The translations under genes and the position numbers were made by a program. A DNA stretch of 64,000 nt from the sequence record PZ476263.1; one strand, written 5' to 3'. Under the pieces are notes generated by a model. That model saw nothing but the letters and a program-made list of their open reading frames with translations, did no database searches and was not told the origin of the DNA. Positions 46,671 to 56,175 of the stretch are shown one piece after another (within the stretch, counting starts at the first letter, position 1; each line of letters begins with the position of its first letter). The DNA comes from a phage.

Positions 46671-48713
46671 TCAGAAAGGTGCTTCCTCGTCGAAATCCAC
46701 ATCTTCAACTTCCGGTACGTCTGGAATGTTTGCTGCCGCTTCGACAATATCTTGTTGCTCCCAAATCTCTTCCATAGGTTGTCCAAGTTCTTCCATTACT
46801 TCCTTCATCTCTTGCTTCTGAGCTTCAAGGAAGTTTTCATCCGGATCTGGAATGTCCTCTTCTGTGATATCCGAACGGGTAAGGTCCGAATTACTTTCCG
46901 ACAGAGGCTGGATTTCAGCTGCCTTTGGCTTAAAGTCTGGAGAACGATGATCATCTTCTGGATGTGCTGCATACCATTCCCGAAGAGTCTCATATGGACT
47001 GTCCAAAAAGCCTTCTGGCGGCTCAAGGTAATCACCCGTGTCAATGTCATAGAACACAGGGAATTTACCAGCACGACCGTGTTTACGGTCATCCAGAATA
47101 ACAAACCATGAAGTATTTCGTTGCTTCATAGGTAGTTCTGGATCTTTGTTACGCTCAATACCCCACATGTAATACGTGTTACGCATCATTGCACGACTAC
47201 CAGCAAACTGAGCTGATTGAACTTGACCACCAAACTCGTGTGGCTTACCTGCATCTGGCTTATTGAGGTGGCAGAAGCAATAATAAGTAAAACCAAGTTC
47301 TTTAGCCAGCTTGGAGATCTCATCAGAGAACCGCTCAAGTTCCTGGTTAGCCTCTGACGCACTCATACCCTGAACAAGTCGAGTGATCGGGTCAATAAAG
47401 ATATCTTCACACCCTTCTACGATTACAGCATGGCGGATAGCACCTTTCAGTTCATCCCATACTGCACGACCATAGTTGTTATAGTAAATTACACTATCAC
47501 CAACTTCATCTGTCGCCTTGATCAGCTCTTCCTGCTTAAAGTATCCACGTTGACCTTCAAAAACTTCATTGCCCCAAATGTCACGGTAAGTCCCGTCAGG
47601 TTGCGGAAGCATTACTTTTTCTGCGTTAACGAAGTCTTTATGATATCGCTTACCTGCAATCTTCTTACAGGTGATTTCGTTCTCTTCTTCAAACTTAAAT
47701 ACCGCTGCTTTTGCTTTCTCTACGCCAGTGATATGTTCAACCAGCTGGTTAAGCAATTCACTCTTACCCATTTTTACACCCGCACCAATGAAGTAACCTT
47801 CACCGAGGCGACGGCCCAAAGTAAGTTTTGTCAGTGTAGGCCAAGGGAATTTTTTACCCAGCTTAGGGATTTCATGAGCCTTTTCACGGAATTGTGAATA
47901 AGTTGAAAAACCGTCCGGTACATATTCCTTTGGTTTCATTGCTGCCCAAAACAACTGATCAGCAAGACCTTTGTTATACATGTCACAAGGGTCCATATCT
48001 TCAGGGATATCGACCACCTTCATTTGAGGAATAACAGAGTAAACTGCGGCAACCGCATCTTTACCCTTCATAATTCCTTTTGCTTTTTCTGCTTCAGTTG
48101 CCCGATCCGCATCGAAAGCTACAATAATCTCATCAAACTTACTTAACAGCTTATAGTTGTTCTTTTGTGACAAGTTCTGAACAGCGTTAGAAGTTCCGTT
48201 AGAGATGGAAACAACTGTGAAGTTCGGTTTACGTGTCGCACCATCTTTGGGTTTATACTTTTCACGAAGAACTTGCCAAAGAACGGCAGCATCGTATTCA
48301 CCCTCAGTGATAAAGATCATTCGTTTGGAGGATTTATTAGCACCTTCAAGACCAAACAGATCACAAGCTACCGATTGAAAACCGATAGTTGTAAAATGAC
48401 CTTTCTGCTGTTTTGGGATTGTAAGATCACGCTTCTTAAAACCTACAATCTTCCCATCCAAAGTATACGGAAAGTAATGTGCTTCTGCCGAAAGACCGTC
48501 TTTTGCGGAAAGCTTAGTACGAATACCAAAACGCTCTGCTGTCTTTTCATCGATACCACGCTCAGGGATTGCTTTGAACGGATAAGTCATTACATCTGCA
48601 ACTGTTTCTTCTACTCGCGAAGAACTGCTACCAAAACTACGTTGAACACTGGCCTTTGGATTCTTATGCCCAAATTTGTAACCGCCAAACAAACTTTCTC
48701 CGATGGTACTCAT
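46671..48713 (-). CDS. primase-helicase (TOPRIM plus DnaB/gp4-like helicase)
   Basis: TOPRIM-like 'IFITEGEYDAAV', helicase Walker A 'GAGVKMGKSE', acidic C-terminus '...DVDFDEEAPF'. No N-terminal Cys4 zinc ribbon seen. Confidence 0.7.
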   Translation of the reverse strand: MSTIGESLFGGYKFGHKNPKASVQRSFGSSSSRVEETVADVMTYPFKAIPERGIDEKTAERFGIRTKLSAKDGLSAEAHYFPYTLDGKIVGFKKRDLTIPKQQKGHFTTIGFQSVACDLFGLEGANKSSKRMIFITEGEYDAAVLWQVLREKYKPKDGATRKPNFTVVSISNGTSNAVQNLSQKNNYKLLSKFDEIIVAFDADRATEAEKAKGIMKGKDAVAAVYSVIPQMKVVDIPEDMDPCDMYNKGLADQLFWAAMKPKEYVPDGFSTYSQFREKAHEIPKLGKKFPWPTLTKLTLGRRLGEGYFIGAGVKMGKSELLNQLVEHITGVEKAKAAVFKFEEENEITCKKIAGKRYHKDFVNAEKVMLPQPDGTYRDIWGNEVFEGQRGYFKQEELIKATDEVGDSVIYYNNYGRAVWDELKGAIRHAVIVEGCEDIFIDPITRLVQGMSASEANQELERFSDEISKLAKELGFTYYCFCHLNKPDAGKPHEFGGQVQSAQFAGSRAMMRNTYYMWGIERNKDPELPMKQRNTSWFVILDDRKHGRAGKFPVFYDIDTGDYLEPPEGFLDSPYETLREWYAAHPEDDHRSPDFKPKAAEIQPLSESNSDLTRSDITEEDIPDPDENFLEAQKQEMKEVMEELGQPMEEIWEQQDIVEAAANIPDVPEVEDVDFDEEAPF

Positions 48714-48870
48714 TCCTTCTCCTTAATCATTGTCGCCAAATAAATTGTGTTGCCATTACTATTTACACCTATAGTTACTGATCCTACAAGATGATAACCA
48801 TGACCATAGCACTTCCCTATGATATTTTCAAGAATCGCTAAATTGGTATAACATAATAATTTAACCTCCA

Positions 48871-49146
48871 TTAAAAACCTCCAGTTTCTTCATTGAATGC
48901 TCGTTCGAGTTGAGCATTACGAACCTGATTTTCAATGTTACGATACACTACAGAGTAAGGAATATCAAGAGCAACTTCTTCACCATCTTCATAAACAGTT
49001 ACCGACCAAATGTCCATATAATCACTTGCGTCCCAGTCACTTGCGGCTTCTTCAATACCTTTGGTAAGGATAACTTCAGCCTCAACAACAACTTCTTTAC
49101 CAATTTCTTCGTTAAACATGGTGAATTCGATATTTACTGTACGCAT
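48871..49146 (-). CDS. hypothetical acidic protein
   Basis: 91-aa ORF. Confidence 0.4.
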   Translation of the reverse strand: MRTVNIEFTMFNEEIGKEVVVEAEVILTKGIEEAASDWDASDYMDIWSVTVYEDGEEVALDIPYSVVYRNIENQVRNAQLERAFNEETGGF

Positions 49147-49180
49147 TTATTGTCTCCTGATATTTTATATTTATTCTATA

Positions 49181-49375
49181 TTACTTTTGAGAAGTGATCT
49201 GATCTTCTCTAACCTGAACCTTAGTTCCGTCTGGCATTTCAACAAGATATGCGTTGCATGTCAAGTATTCTTGTTGGAGAAGAATTTTACCTTCTCCGTT
49301 GTAATCCCATTTTTGACTACCTTGCTCAAAATTAACCGAATCGTTGATCTCGTACTTGAAGGTCGTACTCTTCAC
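49181..49375 (-). CDS. hypothetical small protein
   Basis: 64-aa ORF. Confidence 0.3.
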   Translation of the reverse strand: MKSTTFKYEINDSVNFEQGSQKWDYNGEGKILLQQEYLTCNAYLVEMPDGTKVQVREDQITSQK

Positions 49376-49571
49376 TTGTCAATACCTCCCCAATCTTTTC
49401 AAAGTTGTCTTTATTCAGATAAAAGTTCATAGTACCTTTATCTACCGGAAGAATCAACCACATTTCATCTTTTTCACAACCATAGTAATTAATTCCGTAC
49501 CCTAAATCACAGGCCCGATCAAAGTCACCTTGGCCTTTTACAACTTTACAACGGCATTCGTTTCTCATCAT
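49332..49571 (-). CDS. hypothetical Cys-rich small protein
   Basis: 79 aa, 'CRCK...C...GC'. Confidence 0.3.
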   Translation of the reverse strand: MMRNECRCKVVKGQGDFDRACDLGYGINYYGCEKDEMWLILPVDKGTMNFYLNKDNFEKIGEVLTSEEYDLQVRDQRFG

Positions 49572-49837
49572 TTACCTCTCGTATGTGGATGGTCAGGAAC
49601 AACATATTTAGAAATAACCTTCGAGATCTGCGTCCGACATTGTTGTGTGTTACCATATTTCTCTGTTGTTTCCATAATCTCGATGATCAACTTATTATAA
49701 AGATCAGGACGAATACGGGGAACTTTGTCTTCAGTCTTTAAAAGCTCCTCAATCGCATCATAAGCGATGCTTTTCATTTGCTGAGCGTTTCCATGATCAG
49801 CTTCGTCAAACCTTTCCCACAAGCGTTCTGGAGTCAT
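49568..49837 (-). CDS. hypothetical protein
   Basis: 89-aa ORF, ATGA overlap. Confidence 0.4.
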   Translation of the reverse strand: MTPERLWERFDEADHGNAQQMKSIAYDAIEELLKTEDKVPRIRPDLYNKLIIEIMETTEKYGNTQQCRTQISKVISKYVVPDHPHTRGK

Positions 49838-50067
49838 TAATCGTCACTCCCGATAACCTTTAGACCACCATCCATTTCATAGATGACGTGTTCTTTATTT
49901 TCGATCTCTTCTAATCGAGCAATAACGGCATCAAGAAAATTTTGTTCGTCTTTAATTTGTGCCTTAAGACGCTGTAAATTTTGAGAGCTAATGTCACGCA
50001 AGCTTAAGATCTGTGCCTTGTTCAGTTTTGAAAGGTCTTTGCTGTAATCAACAACTTCTAATTTCAT
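49837..50067 (-). CDS. hypothetical coiled-coil protein
   Basis: 76-aa ORF. Confidence 0.4.
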   Translation of the reverse strand: MKLEVVDYSKDLSKLNKAQILSLRDISSQNLQRLKAQIKDEQNFLDAVIARLEEIENKEHVIYEMDGGLKVIGSDD

Positions 50068-50149
50068 TTGTTATCTCCTGTTCTTAAGTATGTGTGTACT
50101 CTATCATAAGTTTTGAAAGGTGCAAGTGTTAATTACACCTTTCTTAAAA

Positions 50150-51502
50150 TTATTGAAAAATTGTCGGGAACTTTTCCTTATAGAAAGCCACAACATCTTG
50201 ATCAACGATAACATCCTTTACTCGCAAACGCTTAAGTAAGCGAAGACCGCTAGTATCTGTCGCACGAGAAAGCATAACGTAAGCCTGACCAGGTGAGAAT
50301 GTCCCATATCCTAGATCAATGTTAACTTTACCAAGTGTAAGACCCTGTGCTTTGTGTCCGGTGATCGCATATCCCAACTTAAATGGATACTGAATATATT
50401 CACCAATTGACTTATCAACCAAAACTGTTTTCTCTACCATCTTCTTAATGGTCTTCTTAGTCCCATCCGGCATATCAATCTCTACGTCTTCGAGAACATT
50501 TTTCTTTTCAGGGACTTGTGTAATATTGTTCCAAGTGAACGGTGCAATCGGGACCATTTTACCATCGATCTCTACAACAACGAAAGTTTTAGCGATACGT
50601 CGAATAATTCCAACAGTACCATTCACATAATCAGGGGTCTTTTTCTTCTGATCATTGTCATTAACGACAATCATAACCTTAAGACCTTCTTTGAGCATTA
50701 ATTTTTCATTAACAGGACGCTCAGTAAATTCACCTGTGATACGTGCATTGAATTCATGAGGTTCTGCCTTAATTTTAGAAAATTCTTTATTGTTAATCTC
50801 TTCCGCGAGCTTGTTTGTTGTTGTAAGAGTTACAGCACCCTCTAAAGAAGGCCCATAGCATTTACTGTTAAAGTAATTCACCGCATCAGGAATGTTTTTA
50901 CCGATACGAATATTATTGAGATGTTCAGCAAATTCTGGATCTGTTTGGCGATGAACCTTAGGCAAGTAAGCATAAGTCATATCCAAGGATTCCCAAGCCT
51001 CACAACCAAAAGGGATTTCTTTACCGTGAAGTTCACGGAATGTTGGAACTTCTTCTTTTTTAAGGACAGGCTTGATCTGGAAGCCATCACCAAACATGAT
51101 TACCTGCAAGCCACCGAAAGGCTCATTAACTTTACGATGATAACGCAGCTTCATATCGATCTCTTTAAGCTTGTCACTACGTGTCATGCCGATCTCATCG
51201 AATACGATTGCATCCAATGCTTCAGATGCCATAAGCATAGCGGGTTTCTTTGATTTAGCTTTATAATCTTCGCTTGTGGTTACTCCAAAGGTGAGTCCAA
51301 AAGCTTTATGAGTCGTCACACCACGGATATTCAATGAAGCTACGCCAGTTGGTGCGACAAAAAGAAAACTGTCAGCAAAGAATTCACGCAGAGAAGCGAT
51401 CATCATACTTTTACCACTACCACCAGGGCCTGTAACGAAAACATTCTTCCCTGCCATAATCTCTGCCATAGCCGCTTCTGTACCGATAACATAATTACTC
51501 AT
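50150..51502 (-). CDS. Dda/Pif1/RecD-like superfamily 1 DNA helicase
   Basis: Walker A 'VTGPGGSGKS', 'FVAPTGVAS', Walker B 'IVFDEIGM'. Confidence 0.65.
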   Translation of the reverse strand: MSNYVIGTEAAMAEIMAGKNVFVTGPGGSGKSMMIASLREFFADSFLFVAPTGVASLNIRGVTTHKAFGLTFGVTTSEDYKAKSKKPAMLMASEALDAIVFDEIGMTRSDKLKEIDMKLRYHRKVNEPFGGLQVIMFGDGFQIKPVLKKEEVPTFRELHGKEIPFGCEAWESLDMTYAYLPKVHRQTDPEFAEHLNNIRIGKNIPDAVNYFNSKCYGPSLEGAVTLTTTNKLAEEINNKEFSKIKAEPHEFNARITGEFTERPVNEKLMLKEGLKVMIVVNDNDQKKKTPDYVNGTVGIIRRIAKTFVVVEIDGKMVPIAPFTWNNITQVPEKKNVLEDVEIDMPDGTKKTIKKMVEKTVLVDKSIGEYIQYPFKLGYAITGHKAQGLTLGKVNIDLGYGTFSPGQAYVMLSRATDTSGLRLLKRLRVKDVIVDQDVVAFYKEKFPTIFQ

Positions 51503-51692
51503 TAATGTATTCTCCTACTTCTTCAGGATAAAGGACGTATGATTTACCATCTTTAAGGCTCTGTGCATAATAACAGAATACACTACCATCGGAAACAACT
51601 TCATCATACTCGATGTCTAAAACTTTAAAAATATCATTTGCTTTTGGATGATCGTCTCGGTCGCTGTAATCAGCCTTTAAAAAGATTTTCAC
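51495..51692 (-). CDS. hypothetical small protein
   Basis: GTG start with SD GAGGAG overlapping the hydrolase stop; the 90-aa track ORF would overlap the hydrolase C-terminal frame. Confidence 0.3.
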   Translation of the reverse strand: MKIFLKADYSDRDDHPKANDIFKVLDIEYDEVVSDGSVFCYYAQSLKDGKSYVLYPEEVGEYINE

Positions 51693-52205
51693 TTTTTCTT
51701 CTCCTCTTTGTCTTTGTAAAAAACATGATTTTCTATTGTAACCGTACGCTTGAGAAGTTTTCTCCAAATTGGTTTAACCTTCTTCGTATGATAGTACAGA
51801 GATCCGTATGTCGGGTCAAGTCTTTTATAAAGTAATTCATTATCTTTTATTTTGTGAACAAACTTAGATATGTTTATCGCAACTTCCCATGAATCTTTAT
51901 CAGTGATTCGATAATCAGATTTAACAAGTGTCCATGAAAATTGTGAAGACTGGTAAAAACACCCCCTTCATGGTGGTAGGGAACTTATCATGTTTCATTC
52001 TGTTCATGGTCACAAAAGCAACAGCCATCTGACCATTAACTGTCTCACCTCTCGCCTCCATATAGACATTACAGGCAAGAGATTTTACAGAATTATCCTT
52101 CTTACTGCATTTATGGATAACCTTCTGTGCTCTCTCTTTGGCATAAGTAAAGCCTGGTGCCAGAGACAGAGTACAAACTAAAACACCTAAAACAATATTT
52201 CTCAT
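51689..52205 (-). pseudogene. SleB-type cell-wall hydrolase with signal peptide, frameshifted
   Basis: N-terminal frame: signal peptide plus 'YMEARGE...MAVAFVTMNRMK...FPTTMKGV'. The continuation 'QSSQFSWT...YYHTKKVKPIWR' is in the +1 frame, with the break in an A5/C5 homopolymer near 51956-51966. Confidence 0.5.
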
Positions 52206-52226
52206 CTTTCCTCCAATTGAGGACCC

Positions 52227-52255
52227 AGTTTATCACTGGGTCGCTCTCTTGTCAA
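52227..52255 (-). promoter_or_regulatory. sigma70-like promoter with -10 inside an inverted repeat
   Basis: TTGACA-N17-TAAACT; 8-bp inverted repeat GACCCAGT/ACTGGGTC spans the -10. Confidence 0.45.
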
Positions 52256-52635
52256 TTCCCTTTTTTACTTACAATCTGATCAGCGATCCCTTTCCACAGA
52301 TCATTTAAGAAAGGATTGCTGGTGATAACTTCACCCAACCAAGGACCATACAGACGATAAACATAATCATCTGTTATCGCATACAAAGAACCTTGACGTA
52401 CTGCAAGTCCACGAACAAGGGAAGTTGTTACTCGTCTACCATAATCCCCTGTTTCTTTTGCAACGGATTCTTTGTTTTCAATATAACCAACAAGATTTAC
52501 GAGTTTATCAATACCATCGATCTTGAATCCACACTTACTTTCAAGATCTTCTTGCAAAGTACTAAAACCTTCCAAGCATAAATTGCCACCGAATTTTAAA
52601 CCATACTTAGCTGCAAATTTATCTTGTGAATTCAT
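52252..52635 (-). CDS. hypothetical protein
   Basis: 127-aa ORF. Confidence 0.4.
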   Translation of the reverse strand: MNSQDKFAAKYGLKFGGNLCLEGFSTLQEDLESKCGFKIDGIDKLVNLVGYIENKESVAKETGDYGRRVTTSLVRGLAVRQGSLYAITDDYVYRLYGPWLGEVITSNPFLNDLWKGIADQIVSKKGN

Positions 52636-52838
52636 CAGTATTTCCCTGTTTGGATTTTTCGGGTCTGTTCAGCAATATTTTCAACAGTTTGCTTAACTTT
52701 AATAATCGCTCCATCCACTAAAGTAACTTCAACATGATTACCGTATAGTTCGTTATAACGCTCACGAAAATACAAGACAGATTCTGCACGAACACCGATT
52801 TTAGTATCATCACCACAAATTTCTAATTCTACAAACAT
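52635..52838 (-). CDS. hypothetical small protein
   Basis: Start at the internal ATG with SD AAGGAGG; the longer track ORF overlaps the upstream gene. Confidence 0.35.
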   Translation of the reverse strand: MFVELEICGDDTKIGVRAESVLYFRERYNELYGNHVEVTLVDGAIIKVKQTVENIAEQTRKIQTGKY

Positions 52839-52839
52839 A

Positions 52840-53103
52840 TCATTCCTCCTTTTCTGCTTCATAACGACGAAGAACAGCTTCACAAATGCCAAGAAATTCT
52901 TGAGTGGAGATATCTTTACCTGCCATACCGATTGTATTGAATAAAACTTCAAGGTCAATAGCTTTTGTATCTTTCTTGAGTTTCAGGGAACCATCTTTAT
53001 TGTACTTCAATTTTTCCAAGAAGAGCATTTGTGGATGTTTACCATTCGGATCAGTGGTTGCAAGATAATCCATAATGTCTTCACGAGGTTCAACGATATT
53101 CAT
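52840..53103 (-). CDS. hypothetical protein
   Basis: 87-aa ORF. Confidence 0.4.
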   Translation of the reverse strand: MNIVEPREDIMDYLATTDPNGKHPQMLFLEKLKYNKDGSLKLKKDTKAIDLEVLFNTIGMAGKDISTQEFLGICEAVLRRYEAEKEE

Positions 53104-53104
53104 A

Positions 53105-53548
53105 TTATTCTCCTGTTAAGTTAAGCTTTGTACCTTTACGAGATTCTAAGAAATTTTTCAAATCTCCGAACTTACCCTTGGGTTTTTCTAAATAAGATGG
53201 TGCTTTATTATAATCCCACTCTTCCTTGGTCTTGTCAATGTCTTTTACACGATCCTCTATGAGTTTTCGAAAAGTGTAAGCTGAATAACCAGAGCGAATA
53301 ACTTTTGGAGGTACGTAGCGCATAAGTCCTGCATCTATCGCCCTTTTGGACAGCCTCAGCTTTTGGTTGTGCATCTTTATACATTTTAAAACATATTGAG
53401 AAAATTCTTCTTTGAATGCTGGATGAATCAATGATTCAGGTGCACCAAACTGAACCTTATTGTAATTTCCATTTCCATCATTAAAGTAACATACTTCTGG
53501 ACGACCTGCAATCACTTCAACATTAAATTCTTCAACTGTGAACTTCAT
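53105..53548 (-). CDS. hypothetical protein
   Basis: 147-aa ORF. Confidence 0.4.
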   Translation of the reverse strand: MKFTVEEFNVEVIAGRPEVCYFNDGNGNYNKVQFGAPESLIHPAFKEEFSQYVLKCIKMHNQKLRLSKRAIDAGLMRYVPPKVIRSGYSAYTFRKLIEDRVKDIDKTKEEWDYNKAPSYLEKPKGKFGDLKNFLESRKGTKLNLTGE

Positions 53549-53581
53549 AATAAAAATGCCCTCACTGTTTCCAATAAGGGC

Positions 53582-53610
53582 ATATTAATATAATTTTAAC
53601 TACCTGTCAA
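53582..53610 (-). promoter_or_regulatory. sigma70-like promoter
   Basis: TTGACA-N17-TAATAT; a 7-bp hairpin (ATGCCCT...AGGGCAT) follows in the leader. Confidence 0.45.
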
Positions 53611-53615
53611 TCACT

Positions 53616-54023
53616 TTAAGAGACAAATACAAAATCTTCGAACTTCTCTTTAACCACTCTCCATTTCCACAGGTGACCATCAAGAGGTAACTCTTCCCCT
53701 TTTTCCCAACCACCACCATTTTTGAAAGATTTGTCCTGAGTTAAACGAAACCTTTTATTATCTACAAAAACCCCTTTAACTTTTTCACCAAGTGAAATAG
53801 TGGAACTCTTAGATGCAATGCATTCAAAAACAAGAGATTCAACATCTAAAGAGTCACGATGCATCTCTTCAAAATTTATCTCTAAAACCTTGGCGACAAC
53901 GGGAAGACCCGCTTCAATCTTTTCTTTAGCTTTCAACAGGAATTCCAGATCATCAGAGTCTTTTTCAAATTTGAACTCTTCATCATTATTCCATTTTGTC
54001 CACAATTGGTATTTCTTGATCAT
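53616..54023 (-). CDS. hypothetical protein
   Basis: 135-aa ORF. Confidence 0.4.
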   Translation of the reverse strand: MIKKYQLWTKWNNDEEFKFEKDSDDLEFLLKAKEKIEAGLPVVAKVLEINFEEMHRDSLDVESLVFECIASKSSTISLGEKVKGVFVDNKRFRLTQDKSFKNGGGWEKGEELPLDGHLWKWRVVKEKFEDFVFVS

Positions 54024-54037
54024 CTTTTAATCCTTCT

Positions 54038-54358
54038 TTAATTGAGTAGTTGGATTTTTGGAGTTGTGTCTGCTTTAGCTTCATCACGGAGTCGTTGACG
54101 AACATACAGTTCAATATCTGTTGGTCGCCACAGTTCAACAATAACGACTTCAAATCGGTTAGGATGAGCACCTAGTTGGCTGTTCATATGCTCTGCCATA
54201 AGATCTGCACTGGTTTTGTCTGCAAATACTGCCTTCGCGACAATATTTTTACCGTCTGCCGTCTGGCCCATGCTCATCGATGGGATGTTGTGACCCGCAT
54301 CGTTATCACGAATAGCGAATACCAGTGTAGTGCTTGCATCTTTTAGTAAATCAGTCAT
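54038..54358 (-). CDS. hypothetical protein
   Basis: Start at the ATG with SD GGTGGAG overlapping the upstream stop. Confidence 0.35.
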   Translation of the reverse strand: MTDLLKDASTTLVFAIRDNDAGHNIPSMSMGQTADGKNIVAKAVFADKTSADLMAEHMNSQLGAHPNRFEVVIVELWRPTDIELYVRQRLRDEAKADTTPKIQLLN

Positions 54359-54563
54359 TAATAATCTCCACCTTGTCTGTAATTGAACCCATGTAACACA
54401 AACCCTCAGGACCGCCAAACGGGACCAGTATCTTATTTTTGTACTCCATAGCATCATCCGATGCTTCAAAGATCATACTGTATACTGGCTTACCGAATAA
54501 GTCACAGTCTGTAATATAACGGAACTTATCTCCCTTTACAATATCTTTCGCAAGTTTATTCAT
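54351..54563 (-). CDS. hypothetical small protein
   Basis: 70-aa ORF, start overlaps upstream stop. Confidence 0.35.
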   Translation of the reverse strand: MNKLAKDIVKGDKFRYITDCDLFGKPVYSMIFEASDDAMEYKNKILVPFGGPEGLCYMGSITDKVEIIND

Positions 54564-55254
54564 TTTCTTTATTCTCCAGGGTGATTGGTGATATACCTAA
54601 ACCTTCCATACCCTTATTTAAGATTACACGGTGTACACTAGCTTCAAACTCAGCCTGTGCTTGTGCCTTGATCACTTCGGTATTCTCCTCGAACATACGG
54701 ACAGCAAAATCTGTAGTTTCAGGCAGTTTTCGATGAATCTCTGTCAGTTTGGAGTAAGCTATCGCAAGTTTTCCTTTGGTCACTTTACCACTCGTAATCA
54801 TATTTTCAATATCTGAAAGACCATCTTCATAGTCTTTGAGCATCTTTTGTAAATCCTTTTTAATGTCTACACCAGATAATTCAGATGTACTCTTTTGACC
54901 GACAATACGCGGGATCGGGCCTTCACCTTTTACATGACGTAAAGTAGCCGGAACACCTTGACCACTATGGCAAGACACGAGACTGGCCCATTGGTAAGCG
55001 GTCATTTCAACTTCAACAATACGCTGGCGAGATTTTTCATAATATGTTGGGATACCTGAAGTAACATCCTGATAGCCTTGACTAATCCGTAAACAAACAC
55101 GCTGGTTATGTGTGGTATCTGATCCAAACATTTCCATGTCACCACCCTGAGGATGAGTAATAGTCACCATCCCATAAGCAGGGTGTTCTTGAATAAGACG
55201 GTCCATCGAACCTACTTGCTGAACTTTAACTTCTGGTTTTTGTTTGTTGCTCAT
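54556..55254 (-). CDS. hypothetical protein
   Basis: 232-aa ORF. Confidence 0.45.
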   Translation of the reverse strand: MSNKQKPEVKVQQVGSMDRLIQEHPAYGMVTITHPQGGDMEMFGSDTTHNQRVCLRISQGYQDVTSGIPTYYEKSRQRIVEVEMTAYQWASLVSCHSGQGVPATLRHVKGEGPIPRIVGQKSTSELSGVDIKKDLQKMLKDYEDGLSDIENMITSGKVTKGKLAIAYSKLTEIHRKLPETTDFAVRMFEENTEVIKAQAQAEFEASVHRVILNKGMEGLGISPITLENKENE

Positions 55255-55258
55255 ATGA

Positions 55259-55564
55259 TCACTCCTTCAAAGATTCAATGCATTCTTCCAAAATCTGTTT
55301 TGCATGTTTAAGTTTAATGTTGTTTTGACTTTGTTTTTGTTTTTCACGAATTTCTTCAAAGAAAAGATGATCAGCCAAGTTCATAAGTTCTGTTGCTAAT
55401 TCACGGGCCTCTTCACGAGACAAACGGATGCCTGCCGCTGCTGATTTGCCACTTGCAATCTGCGTCATGTTGGTTTCAATAACAATCTTACCCCTTTCAA
55501 TCTCGGAGGGAGAGATACACAAAGAACCTTCATATTGTGAACTTTTTTCTTTATACAATTTCAT
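55259..55564 (-). CDS. hypothetical protein
   Basis: 101-aa ORF. Confidence 0.4.
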   Translation of the reverse strand: MKLYKEKSSQYEGSLCISPSEIERGKIVIETNMTQIASGKSAAAGIRLSREEARELATELMNLADHLFFEEIREKQKQSQNNIKLKHAKQILEECIESLKE

Positions 55565-55574
55565 ACTTTTCTCC

Positions 55575-56117
55575 TTATTTACGTTTAAATTTGTTATGGC
55601 CTTTTCCTTTCTTCAATTTCGATTGTTTCCAATCTGAAGTATTTGAATTTCCAATTTCAATCGGGCTTGCAAACCAACTTGTAAGATCTTTCTTAGTGAT
55701 ATGCTTCCCAATAGTAGGACATGCACCAAGTAATACAGCTTTAGATTTAATTTCTACAACAGCTTCATTAACTTCATCTTTAAAAGAATCCATAAATTTA
55801 CCAGTTGTCTCAATATCGTAATTACTGTATGAATGAACATAAAGCATAGTTTTAAGCTCATGACGGTTACTTACAACAACTTTAAAACCAGTGTAAGTCC
55901 TCAATCTTGAAAAGATTTCCTGAATGTCATCTGCATCTACAACCGAATCTTTGTCAAGAGACTGAATCAATAAGTATTTAAAATCGAATTTGTAGTCAGA
56001 TTTTGGATTCTTGATTGTTTCAACATACTCTTCAAGACGTTCCCACTCAGTAGGATCATTAATAAGGTCTTCAATACGAAAGATAAAGGGATGCTTGCGA
56101 TTTTGTTGAACTGTCAT
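55575..56117 (-). CDS. hypothetical protein with basic C-terminus
   Basis: 180-aa ORF. Confidence 0.4.
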   Translation of the reverse strand: MTVQQNRKHPFIFRIEDLINDPTEWERLEEYVETIKNPKSDYKFDFKYLLIQSLDKDSVVDADDIQEIFSRLRTYTGFKVVVSNRHELKTMLYVHSYSNYDIETTGKFMDSFKDEVNEAVVEIKSKAVLLGACPTIGKHITKKDLTSWFASPIEIGNSNTSDWKQSKLKKGKGHNKFKRK

Positions 56118-56147
56118 TTTATTATCCTCTTTTGTTTAAGTAGGGTC

Positions 56148-56175
56148 ATTATACATGACCCTTATTGTGTGTCAA
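56148..56175 (-). promoter_or_regulatory. sigma70-like promoter with -10 inside an inverted repeat
   Basis: TTGACA-N16-TATAAT; 7-bp inverted repeat GGGTCAT/ATGACCC spans the -10. Confidence 0.5.
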
